Virus record (IMG/VR): IMGVR_UViG_3300008255_000099
Coordinates: 64,001-128,000 of that record
Source: a virus
Length of the DNA: 64,000 bases
Strand: one strand, 5' to 3'
Shown here: one piece after another, positions 55,676 through 64,000 of the stretch
Position numbering within the stretch: the stretch's first letter is position 1
Layout of the letters: every line of letters starts with the position of its first letter
Made by a program: the position numbers and the translations under genes
The notes under the pieces: generated by a model
Told to the model about the DNA's origin: nothing
Databases searched by the model: none
What the model saw: the letters and a program-made list of their open reading frames with translations, nothing else

Positions 55676-56035
55676 TTAATCAATAATTACTTTTTCTAGA
55701 GAGGAAATATCTGCTGCTGATAGAACACAATTATCTCCTAATTCTGAAATATTAATTGGTGTAAATTCCATTTCAACTTCTTCTTGAAGTAATTCATTCA
55801 ATTCTTCTGTAAATTTCTTTATCTCTTCTTTTTTGACAGAGGTTTTCCCATCTTCTGTCTTTTCACCATATTTATTAACCAAATCAATTCTTACAGATTC
55901 AATTTGTGCATATTCTTCATTAAGTTTACTCACAAGTTTTTTTAACTTCCAAGCTGTTTTAATTGGCAAATCTTGCCTAATAAGTTTGGTTAACGCTTCA
56001 CTCATATTAAAAATTTCAACTAATTTTAATTTCAT
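55676..56035 (-). CDS. Conserved phage helical protein (DUF1617-like)
   Basis: LPIKTAWKLKKL...KYGEK...FTEELNELL...ISEL; start moved to MKLKL after AAGGA. Confidence 0.55.
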   Translation of the reverse strand: MKLKLVEIFNMSEALTKLIRQDLPIKTAWKLKKLVSKLNEEYAQIESVRIDLVNKYGEKTEDGKTSVKKEEIKKFTEELNELLQEEVEMEFTPINISELGDNCVLSAADISSLEKVIID

Positions 56036-56052
56036 GTTTTTATCCTTCCTTT

Positions 56053-59000
56053 TTATCCGCCACAAGTTTCATAATCTTCAAACTTGCATTGTCTACATCT
56101 AATTGCACAAGATCCTGGCAGTTTGACAGTATCACGGCTCCCACATTGAGGGCATGATTTCCCTGCTGGCTTTTCTCTTTTTGAAACACCATTTTGTGTC
56201 TTGTTTTTAGTTTTTATTGCATGAACAACTTTTGCCTCTTGTGGGTCTCTATCGTCATCATCTTCATCTGGGACTTCAACCGCATCTTTATCCCCAAGAT
56301 ATTCATAAGCTAAAACCCTTCCAATTACATCATACATAGATTTTGCCCATTTTATATTATCGTGAAGAACTTGCCCCCTCGGATCTTGTGTGATCGTCCT
56401 CATTGCATCAGTAAATTCTTCCAATGGGACATTGTACTGCAATGAGATGGAGACACACCTTGCAAGCAACCCTAATGTGGTTCTAGCAAAAGCATCTTCC
56501 TCTGCATAATCAATAAATATTTCACCAAGTCTTCCATCTGGATACTCACCTGTCCTCAAAAACATTTTATGTCTTGGTCCATTATACCCACCAATTTCAA
56601 ATTCGTGAGTATAACCAATCCTTTTTCTTGGTAATCTGTGCCGAATCGCTTCTTGGAAAGCTTCAACAGAAAACTCTGCATCTACCTGTTGATCTGTTAA
56701 ATCTGCATTTAACAACAATTTTTCATAATCAATTCCAGAGACAGAATTCAAAGGTTGTGAAAGTTTTGAACCATCACGATATAATGAGATGCATTTTAAT
56801 CCAGACTTGTGAGCTTCAAAATGACAATTTTCTACTTCTTTAATCGTTATTTCATTCGGTGCATTAATTGTATTGTGGTTTATTATTCCGTTTGATATAA
56901 AAGCATGACTATTTGGGACAGAAATATCGAAGACTTCTTTTATCCCATCTTGCTCAGAATATATAACCTTAGAGAAATGTATATTGTTTTCGACTATATC
57001 TATTAGGTTTTTTGGAATATCTATTTTATCATTAATCATATTTTTTATAGTATTAAATGATACATTAGACGTTCTTTTATCCGATAAATAATTATACTTT
57101 ATTCTTAATTCTTTTGGAACCAAACTATATAAATATTTCAAGTTTTGATTAGGAATTATATCAGACGTTGATGGAAAATAATTAGACTCTTTAATTTTTA
57201 TTAATTTTTTATTTCTATACTCTTCATTAAACATCATTATGTTAGATAATAATTGTGCATAATACCCAGAGCAATATAATTCATAATAATTTCTTTTATA
57301 TTTTTTATTATATTTTGCAATTATATTTGATAACACCCCAAGGTTTGATAATATATTTTTTAAATCTAATATTATAGATTTTGAGTTTAAGCAAATTCCA
57401 ATCTTTGAATTATATTTTTCATAAACCACATAACCATCTGACATCAATCCATTTATAAAATAAATTATATTATTTTTTGTTGATTGTAATATACAATCTG
57501 GAATTGTTTTTTCATATGATATATTGCCAATATTTATATTATTAAAAAATTCACAAAGATATTTAGACGAAATCCTAAGACAAGGGCATTTGTTTTCTGT
57601 CTCAATTATTTTACCATCTATATTAAATATGCTTTTAAACATATTGTTTGCTTTATCTAAAAGATCAATACAACTATTAGTAATTTGTATTGTATAGTTA
57701 GATTTTGAGATATTGCCTTCTGCCATATAGAATCCAATTAACCACGACAAATCATCACTCATTTTATCTGGAATATTTATTTCTTTTTGAGCCCCCCATT
57801 TTTTTGATAATTTAAAATTAAATTCATTTGATAATTTAAAATTAAATTCATTTGAAGACCATAAATCAGATCCTATTTTAGTCGCAACATAATCTTTGTT
57901 TTGAATATTATATAGTTGTTTCCATTCTAAATTTCCATCATCATTCATACAATACAAGGGGTGATTAAATGTTCCAGTAATTTCACTGCCGTCTTTTAAA
58001 ATTATTTTCTTAACTGGTTTAAATCCACCATAATAAAAAGAATCTGTATTTTCACGAGAATCAATTGAATCAATTTTAATATTACAATTAGAAAAGGTAT
58101 TGGGTAATTCATTGCTCCGCAGAGAACCTATTCTTAATAATCCTCTATCCGTAAATAAGAGACTTTCACCAGTTATACATTTTGAAATAGATCCACTTAG
58201 GAATGGTTGGACAGCACTAACAGCACGGATATGGGCTAGATAAGGGATATATCTAGTGCCATAATCCCCACACTTACTAGCACAATCAAAAATGACATAA
58301 TGATCTTCATTTAAGTATGGTGCCCCTTCTACTGTACCTCTACCACAAATGTAATCGTTAGCCTCTCTTATTTCTTCTTCTGAAAATCCTAGATAATTTA
58401 TAATTGAAAAATAATCATCTGCTAACATTTCTTCTGGTATTTTTAAAACATCCTTACAAAAACTTTCTCCAAGGACAAACTTGTTAAATGAATTAGAGAT
58501 GTGATAAGCTCCATCTAATGATTTATTTAATGATTCAATTTGTTCTATTGAGAATTTTTTTCTAATTAATGTTTCGATATTGATATTCGGACATTTATCA
58601 TCTATAATCTTTTTACCAATGATATAATCTATAATTTCTATTATCTGATTTTCTGTATAACCAAGATTTTTCAGAGCAATTGGGACACTGTTGTTAGCTA
58701 TTTTCATATATCCACCACCAGAAAGCTTTTTGTATTTAATTAAAGCAAAATCTGGTTCAATTCCCAATGTGTCACAATTCATAACAAGCCCAATTGTTCC
58801 GACTGGTGCAATCACAGAAACAAAAGAGTTCCTAAATCCGAATTCTTCGCCAAGTTCTAAAACCTGATCCCAAATTTGCCTTGCTTTAACCAAAAGGTAT
58901 TCTGGGCAATAATCTATATCTATTCCTCGTGGAGCAACATTTAAATCTTCATATTCTTCTGACAAAGAATTGTAAGAAGCCCTCCGGTGGTTTCTAATAA

Positions 59001-61587
59001 CCTTCAACATACAATCTTGGTTGTCTTCATATCTTGGGAAGGGACCAATTTCCTTTGAAAGCATTGCACTTGTTTTGTATGCTTGACTTGTCATCAATGA
59101 TGTAACAACACCCATCCAAGCTAAAGCCTCTTCACTATCATAAGGTATCCCTTGTCTCATTAGCAAAGCACCTAGATCAGTGTAGCCAACTCCGATTGTT
59201 CTATAATTATATGTCCCCTGTGCAATCCCAGGTGTTGAAAGAATAGCACCTTCGACAGACATTTCCAGTGCAATTGTTACTAAGTTGCATAGATGAAGAA
59301 ATTTTTCAATATCAAATTCTTCATCAAAAAACTTGGTCAATCTGATTGAACAAAGGTTACAGGCAGTATCATCCAAAAAATGATATTCTCCACAGTTAGA
59401 AACAACAATCCCATTAGCAACAAAATAATGTGTATAATTTTCAGTTAGATCATACACATCTTCATTGATATTATTATCTTCGAAAGAGACAATAACATCA
59501 GTTAAATCGTCTGAATAAAATTCATATTTCAATATTTCTTCAAGTTTGTTTTGTTTATCACTAGACTTATGTAAACTTATCTCATTATAAAACTTTATAA
59601 TATTTTCTTTATAAATTCTTAAAGAGTATTCTTCTGTTTTTAAAATTTTTGATTTTATTCCAAAAGAAAGAAGAAGTAGTTGAACTTGTTTTAATAAATT
59701 AAGAGATTTTAGATTTAATGAAACATCTATTACCCCACTTGACAAATTGAACGCAACTATTCCATCGGAGATAAATAAATCTGAGATAATAGACGCAACA
59801 GATTCTTTATTTAATGAAAAAACCTCATCTATAAAAGATTCTTGATTAATCTCAGAATTTAAAATTATGTATTCTTTTCGATTGTCAATTTCTTTTTCCC
59901 CGAATGGGGATCCTATTAGATTTATTTTGTCTTCTCCTAAAACTATTTCACTAGCTTTAACTTTTCCTTTGCCTATAACTCCTAATTTATGATCTTCTGT
60001 TAAATCAATTTCATAGCCACAACTTGTCGTTAATTTATATGTTCTCTTATTACCTGTTAAAACAATATTCGTAGCACGATGAAGTTCTCCATCAGAACCT
60101 ATGATATCAATCTCTTTCCCAATTATATCTTTAATTTTTTGTAGCCCATTTTCTGTCGCTACAAATGTCTCCCCACTAACACAAGGGTTACTTGACACAA
60201 TTCTTCCGTCGTTTGAACAAGTGTTCCAAGAATTAATTGTTGTGTCAAAGAAAACACCAGGATCTGCACAAGACCATGAGGATTGATTTATCTTATCCCA
60301 AAGACTTCTAGCCTTCATTGTCTTGAAAACTTTTTTATCAATCCTGTTAACTAAATTCCAATCAACATCTTGTTCAACTGCCTTTAAAAACTCATCTGTT
60401 AAACTAACAGAATTGTTAGAATTTTGTCCAGAAACAGTTCGATATGCATCGCCGTTAAAAGAATTGTTTAATTCACAAAAATCAAAAGATTTAACTCCTT
60501 GTTTTGCAAGAGATATCGCTCTAAATACATAATTAAGTTCAACTTCATTTTCTTTTGCTTCTTGAATTAAGTTAAGAATGTTAGGATGTTCTTCTGAAGC
60601 CTCTTCACCAAGATCATTCCATTCTTTAATTATTTTGTTCAAAATTCTGTTGTTAATTTTAGATCCTGTGATCAAACTAGCAACTTTCTGCTCTTCCTTT
60701 GATTTCCAATCAATAAATTCCTCAATCTCTGGGTGATCTACATTCAGAACAACAATTTTTGCCGCCCTGCGGCTTACTCCACCTGATTTTACAGAATCAG
60801 CAGAACGATCAAAAATCTTCAAGAAGCTCATTAATCCACTTGATTGTCCTCCACCACTCAAACCTTCATTAGCACCTCTCAACTTCGAGAAATTTGAGCC
60901 CACCCCAGAACCTCTTTTGAAAACTTTTGCTTCTGTTGATAATTGCTCATAAATGCTATTTTCTCCGAACATAGAATCTTCTATTGGAAGGATGAAGCAC
61001 GCTTGGCTTTGCTGTCTAACAATGGATTCTTCTGGATTTAAAGAAGCCTCTTTGATTGTTCCTGTTTTTGGATCAAAATAAAAATAACCAGGATCTTTAT
61101 TTTCAATTCCGTAAGCCCAACCCAATCCAGTGTTAAACCATTGAGGAGAATTCGGAGCCCACATCTGATGAATTAAACCATAAGCCAATTCATCAAAAAA
61201 ACAATCTGCCTCTTCAATTGTTTTCACTAACTTGCTTTTAATTAACCAATATGTCCAAGTCCCAACCATCCTGTCAATGCATTGTTTTAAAGAATTCTCT
61301 CCTGAAAATTCTGCTCCTTCTGCTGGGACAGAACGATAATATTTTTCAAATCCTTCAAGCTCTTTTTCTACGACTTTAATTGTTGAATTCGGAACTTGTT
61401 TTCTTCTGAAATATTTAGAAGCTAAAATATTGATTGCATTTTGTTCCCAAAAATCTGGGACTTCAACATTGTCTTGTTTAAAAATAATAAGACCAGATTC
61501 ATCCAACACCTCTGCAACACAGGACTTCCATACGACTTCATCATAAACACTTCCATCACCTTTTGTAAAAACTCTCTTAAACTCCAT
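56053..61587 (-). CDS. nrdJ: Class II (B12-dependent) ribonucleotide reductase with two inteins
   Basis: APNSPQWFN, QACFI, RRAA, SNP|CGE, IAPVGTI, SISK|TIN, YRDGSK, C-terminal TSCPD-like and zinc-ribbon region. Confidence 0.95.
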   Translation of the reverse strand: MEFKRVFTKGDGSVYDEVVWKSCVAEVLDESGLIIFKQDNVEVPDFWEQNAINILASKYFRRKQVPNSTIKVVEKELEGFEKYYRSVPAEGAEFSGENSLKQCIDRMVGTWTYWLIKSKLVKTIEEADCFFDELAYGLIHQMWAPNSPQWFNTGLGWAYGIENKDPGYFYFDPKTGTIKEASLNPEESIVRQQSQACFILPIEDSMFGENSIYEQLSTEAKVFKRGSGVGSNFSKLRGANEGLSGGGQSSGLMSFLKIFDRSADSVKSGGVSRRAAKIVVLNVDHPEIEEFIDWKSKEEQKVASLITGSKINNRILNKIIKEWNDLGEEASEEHPNILNLIQEAKENEVELNYVFRAISLAKQGVKSFDFCELNNSFNGDAYRTVSGQNSNNSVSLTDEFLKAVEQDVDWNLVNRIDKKVFKTMKARSLWDKINQSSWSCADPGVFFDTTINSWNTCSNDGRIVSSNPCVSGETFVATENGLQKIKDIIGKEIDIIGSDGELHRATNIVLTGNKRTYKLTTSCGYEIDLTEDHKLGVIGKGKVKASEIVLGEDKINLIGSPFGEKEIDNRKEYIILNSEINQESFIDEVFSLNKESVASIISDLFISDGIVAFNLSSGVIDVSLNLKSLNLLKQVQLLLLSFGIKSKILKTEEYSLRIYKENIIKFYNEISLHKSSDKQNKLEEILKYEFYSDDLTDVIVSFEDNNINEDVYDLTENYTHYFVANGIVVSNCGEYHFLDDTACNLCSIRLTKFFDEEFDIEKFLHLCNLVTIALEMSVEGAILSTPGIAQGTYNYRTIGVGYTDLGALLMRQGIPYDSEEALAWMGVVTSLMTSQAYKTSAMLSKEIGPFPRYEDNQDCMLKVIRNHRRASYNSLSEEYEDLNVAPRGIDIDYCPEYLLVKARQIWDQVLELGEEFGFRNSFVSVIAPVGTIGLVMNCDTLGIEPDFALIKYKKLSGGGYMKIANNSVPIALKNLGYTENQIIEIIDYIIGKKIIDDKCPNINIETLIRKKFSIEQIESLNKSLDGAYHISNSFNKFVLGESFCKDVLKIPEEMLADDYFSIINYLGFSEEEIREANDYICGRGTVEGAPYLNEDHYVIFDCASKCGDYGTRYIPYLAHIRAVSAVQPFLSGSISKCITGESLLFTDRGLLRIGSLRSNELPNTFSNCNIKIDSIDSRENTDSFYYGGFKPVKKIILKDGSEITGTFNHPLYCMNDDGNLEWKQLYNIQNKDYVATKIGSDLWSSNEFNFKLSNEFNFKLSKKWGAQKEINIPDKMSDDLSWLIGFYMAEGNISKSNYTIQITNSCIDLLDKANNMFKSIFNIDGKIIETENKCPCLRISSKYLCEFFNNINIGNISYEKTIPDCILQSTKNNIIYFINGLMSDGYVVYEKYNSKIGICLNSKSIILDLKNILSNLGVLSNIIAKYNKKYKRNYYELYCSGYYAQLLSNIMMFNEEYRNKKLIKIKESNYFPSTSDIIPNQNLKYLYSLVPKELRIKYNYLSDKRTSNVSFNTIKNMINDKIDIPKNLIDIVENNIHFSKVIYSEQDGIKEVFDISVPNSHAFISNGIINHNTINAPNEITIKEVENCHFEAHKSGLKCISLYRDGSKLSQPLNSVSGIDYEKLLLNADLTDQQVDAEFSVEAFQEAIRHRLPRKRIGYTHEFEIGGYNGPRHKMFLRTGEYPDGRLGEIFIDYAEEDAFARTTLGLLARCVSISLQYNVPLEEFTDAMRTITQDPRGQVLHDNIKWAKSMYDVIGRVLAYEYLGDKDAVEVPDEDDDDRDPQEAKVVHAIKTKNKTQNGVSKREKPAGKSCPQCGSRDTVKLPGSCAIRCRQCKFEDYETCGG
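56872..58179 (-). mobile_element. NrdJ intein 2 (436 aa) with LAGLIDADG endonuclease
   Basis: SISK|CITGESLL...VFDISVPNSHAFISNGIINHN|TIN; LIGFYMAEG and FINGLMSDG blocks; 24-bp duplication at 57803-57850. Confidence 0.93.
59395..60183 (-). mobile_element. NrdJ intein 1 (263 aa), reduced endonuclease
   Basis: NP|CVSGETFV...VYDLTENYTHYFVANGIVVSN|CGE; only one recognisable LAGLIDADG block (IISDLFISDG). Confidence 0.92.
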
Positions 61588-61687
61588 TTTTTCTCCTATT
61601 TTTATTTATCGACAATTATCACGTCAAAAAAATAAACTTAAAAATTGCAACACCTCGAACCAACGTCACACTACGAGAGGCACGCTC

Positions 61688-61699
61688 ATTATACACCAA
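61688..61699 (-). promoter_or_regulatory. Sigma70-like -10 promoter of nrdJ
   Basis: TTGGTGTATAAT, identical to 4936-4947. Confidence 0.55.
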
Positions 61700-61705
61700 G
61701 AAAAT

Positions 61706-62134
61706 TTATAATCCACTTGGTTTTTCTTCGCTCATATCTCTAATTTTAAAGCAAAATGCTTGAACAGCTTTTTTGGATTTTAGCTTTAAATATTCAATTG
61801 CTATGTTGATAAAAATTGTCAAACCCGTCAGATCCACACCTCGCCATTTAAAAGCAACACTAAACTCTCTAATTAAAAATAGTCCAGTAATAGTTAAACC
61901 TATGTTAATAACAGGAGAGATGGAAGGGATGCAAGACAGCAACAACATAAAAATATATGAAATAATACTACCTAAAAATCTTTTAGAAAAAATAACTAAA
62001 TCAAAATCATCAACTTCTGATGAAAATGCAATGTTATCTAATGCTGCGATTAAACTAATAATTGCAATTACAAATATTGTAAAAAATTGTGGTCTTAAAA
62101 AACTATCGACAATTATGCTAATATAACTATTCAT
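61706..62134 (-). CDS. Multi-pass membrane protein (holin-like candidate)
   Basis: Three to four hydrophobic segments and a basic C-terminus. Confidence 0.55.
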   Translation of the reverse strand: MNSYISIIVDSFLRPQFFTIFVIAIISLIAALDNIAFSSEVDDFDLVIFSKRFLGSIISYIFMLLLSCIPSISPVINIGLTITGLFLIREFSVAFKWRGVDLTGLTIFINIAIEYLKLKSKKAVQAFCFKIRDMSEEKPSGL

Positions 62135-62146
62135 TTAATAGACTCC

Positions 62147-62383
62147 CTATGCTAATTCGTAGCTAAATCTTTTAATATATTTTATTTGATCTATTGGGGA
62201 AGATTTTCTCATAGCCATCATAACTAATTGCTTTGGAAAATCACTTTCAAGTTCAACATCTTCTTCAAGTTCAATTTCTGTTTGTTTCTTTAGTGCAGCA
62301 GAATAAAGTATTTCTTCTTTTATATCTTTGGGGGCAGTTTTCATAGCATTCTCAAATTCTATCCAGGGTTTTGAAATCCTCAT
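62147..62383 (-). CDS. Hypothetical protein
   Basis: 78 aa with AAGGAG RBS. Confidence 0.6.
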   Translation of the reverse strand: MRISKPWIEFENAMKTAPKDIKEEILYSAALKKQTEIELEEDVELESDFPKQLVMMAMRKSSPIDQIKYIKRFSYELA

Positions 62384-62599
62384 CAGTCTCTCCTTCGAAT
62401 CATAATTCTAACTCATATCATTCTTTTTGTATCTTATTATTGCTACAATCAAAAAATTTATACCTCTTTGGTTTAATTAATTTTTGGAATTTTTTTATAC
62501 TTTTTTTGGTTTAGTGTATAATACATCAAACGACACCGAATATCATTTAAATTGTGGAAAAACAGATCGGCGTTAATGATTCTTGAAAGGAGCATATGA

Positions 62600-64000
62600 A
62601 TGAACATTTTTGATGTTATCAAACAAGAAAAAGGTAAGATAAATGAAGAAAGCAACAAACTAAAATGGTCTGGAACTATGGAAGAATATGTACAATTAGT
62701 TTTAGACAACCCTAACGTAGCAGCCCTATCACATAAAAGAATGGAGAATATGGTCATTAATAATGGTACGGAATGGGTTGATAAAGAAGACGGGAGAGGG
62801 AAAAGAATAAAATATAAATTCTTTGAAGATAAATTGTTTGGTGTCGAAGATACTATTGAAAAAATAGTTGATTATTTCAAGTCTGGTGGTCAAAGACTTC
62901 CGACTAGAAAAAGAATACTTCTTTTGATGGGTCCTCCTGGTGGCGGGAAATCAACAATTGTAATTTCCTTAAAAGAAGGATTAGAAGAATACACTAAAAC
63001 AGATGAAGGAGCTATCTATAAAATCAAAGGATGCCCAATGAACGAAGAGCCTCTTCATGCTCTTCCAAAATCAGTTCATGATATTTTGCTTGAAGAGCAT
63101 AAAATTTTCACAGAGGGAACTTTGTGCCCTGTCTGTAAATGGCGATTGGACAATGAGTTTGATGGTGATTGGACAAAATTCGAAGTCGAAAGATTTATTT
63201 TTGACGAACAAACCAGAAACGGGATTGGAACCTTTGCCCCATCTGACAGAAAAGTTCAAGACATTGCCGAATTGGTGGGTTCAATCAACCTTGCAAAAAT
63301 AGGTGATTTCGGAGATGAATCAGATCCAAGAACTTATGATTTCAACGGTGAATTAAACATTTCCAACAGAGGTATGGTTGAATTTATTGAGATGTTAAAA
63401 GCTGGTGATGAATTCCTTTATGCTTTGTTAACTCTTTCACAAGAAAACAACATAAAAACACCAAGGTTCTCTTTGATCTATGCAGACGAAGTAATCATTG
63501 CACATACCAACGAGACAGAATGGCAGAAATTCATTTCAAAACCAGAAAATGAAGCATTAAGAGATAGGGTTATTACAATAATTTCTCCTTATAACTTAAA
63601 ATTAAGAGATGAAGTTAAAATTAATGAAAAACTTCTTAATGAATCTGGGCAAAAAGATATTCATATCGCACCACATACATTAGAAGTAGCTTCTATGGTT
63701 GCAATTATGTCCAGACTCGATCTTCCGAAAGATACTTCAATTGATTTAATTAAAAAGATGAAAGCATACAATGATGAGGAAGTTGAAGGTTTAAGAAGAC
63801 AAGAAGTAGATGAAATGAAAAGCTCTTCTGAAAGAGAAGGGATGGATGGTCTTGGACCAAGATATATTTCTAACTGCCTCTCAAAAGCTATTACAAAATC
63901 AAGAGAAGAACTCAGAAAAAGAATATCTGAACAAGACACAAGTGATCTTTACGCTGTTAAGACAGAAGAGCTTGAGAAAATGAAGATTCCATTTGATCCA
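62600..64000 (+). CDS. prkA: PrkA/YeaG-family AAA+ serine kinase/ATPase (3' truncated)
   Basis: Translated by hand from ATG 62600 after GAAAGGAG: MNIFDVIKQ...RILLLMGPPGGGKST...GCPMNEEPLH...SNRGMVEFIEMLK; absent from the ORF track because no stop falls inside the window. Confidence 0.92.
   Translation, partial: MNIFDVIKQEKGKINEESNKLKWSGTMEEYVQLVLDNPNVAALSHKRMENMVINNGTEWVDKEDGRGKRIKYKFFEDKLFGVEDTIEKIVDYFKSGGQRLPTRKRILLLMGPPGGGKSTIVISLKEGLEEYTKTDEGAIYKIKGCPMNEEPLHALPKSVHDILLEEHKIFTEGTLCPVCKWRLDNEFDGDWTKFEVERFIFDEQTRNGIGTFAPSDRKVQDIAELVGSINLAKIGDFGDESDPRTYDFNGELNISNRGMVEFIEMLKAGDEFLYALLTLSQENNIKTPRFSLIYADEVIIAHTNETEWQKFISKPENEALRDRVITIISPYNLKLRDEVKINEKLLNESGQKDIHIAPHTLEVASMVAIMSRLDLPKDTSIDLIKKMKAYNDEEVEGLRRQEVDEMKSSSEREGMDGLGPRYISNCLSKAITKSREELRKRISEQDTSDLYAVKTEELEKMKIPFDP

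Noticed and set aside
8250-61635. Numerous short antisense ORFs inside large genes
   Set aside because: They are shadow frames of long, motif-supported genes and lack RBS or protein-like composition
61630-61690. tRNA-like GGTTCGA motif in the nrdJ leader; possible cobalamin riboswitch or NrdR box
   Set aside because: No cloverleaf or acceptor stem can be built; too short for a cobalamin riboswitch; no NrdR consensus seen
1-64000. Stop-codon recoding (alternative genetic code)
   Set aside because: Long conserved genes are intact in code 11, and TAA, TAG and TGA all end recognisable genes

Overview
This is a 64-kb segment of a very large, AT-rich tailed dsDNA phage (jumbo/huge phage) using the standard genetic code. 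Most genes are on the minus strand. From about 6 to 44 kb lies the head-morphogenesis module: HK97-type major capsid protein, decoration and scaffold proteins, an intein-bearing prohead-protease polyprotein, an intein-bearing portal fused to a DUF559-like nuclease domain, many putative internal head proteins, and terminase large and small subunits. From about 45 to 62 kb lies a replication and nucleotide module: RuvC, NAD-dependent ligase, Pol III delta-like, beta clamp, SigH-like sigma factor, DnaX, dUTPase, and class II RNR with two inteins. A PrkA/YeaG gene runs off the right end. The most unusual region is 2.4-6.2 kb. It holds (i) a GC-rich, Cas-less CRISPR mini-array with its own sigma70 promoter and structured leader; (ii) two convergent genes with related ribbon-helix-helix (RHH) domains, one fused to a small heat-shock protein and one to a diverged copy of the capsid protein, next to a 12-bp repeat array; and (iii) a free-standing LAGLIDADG endonuclease preceded by an inverted, synonymously diverged 36-45 bp piece of a capsid gene. 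Other signals are a SigH-type promoter set (AGG[A/G/T]-N17/18-GAA[T/C/G/A]) in front of structural genes, a shared N-terminal MW(L/F)KLA leader, and RBS-sequestering hairpins. All family calls come from motif recognition by eye; no database search was run.
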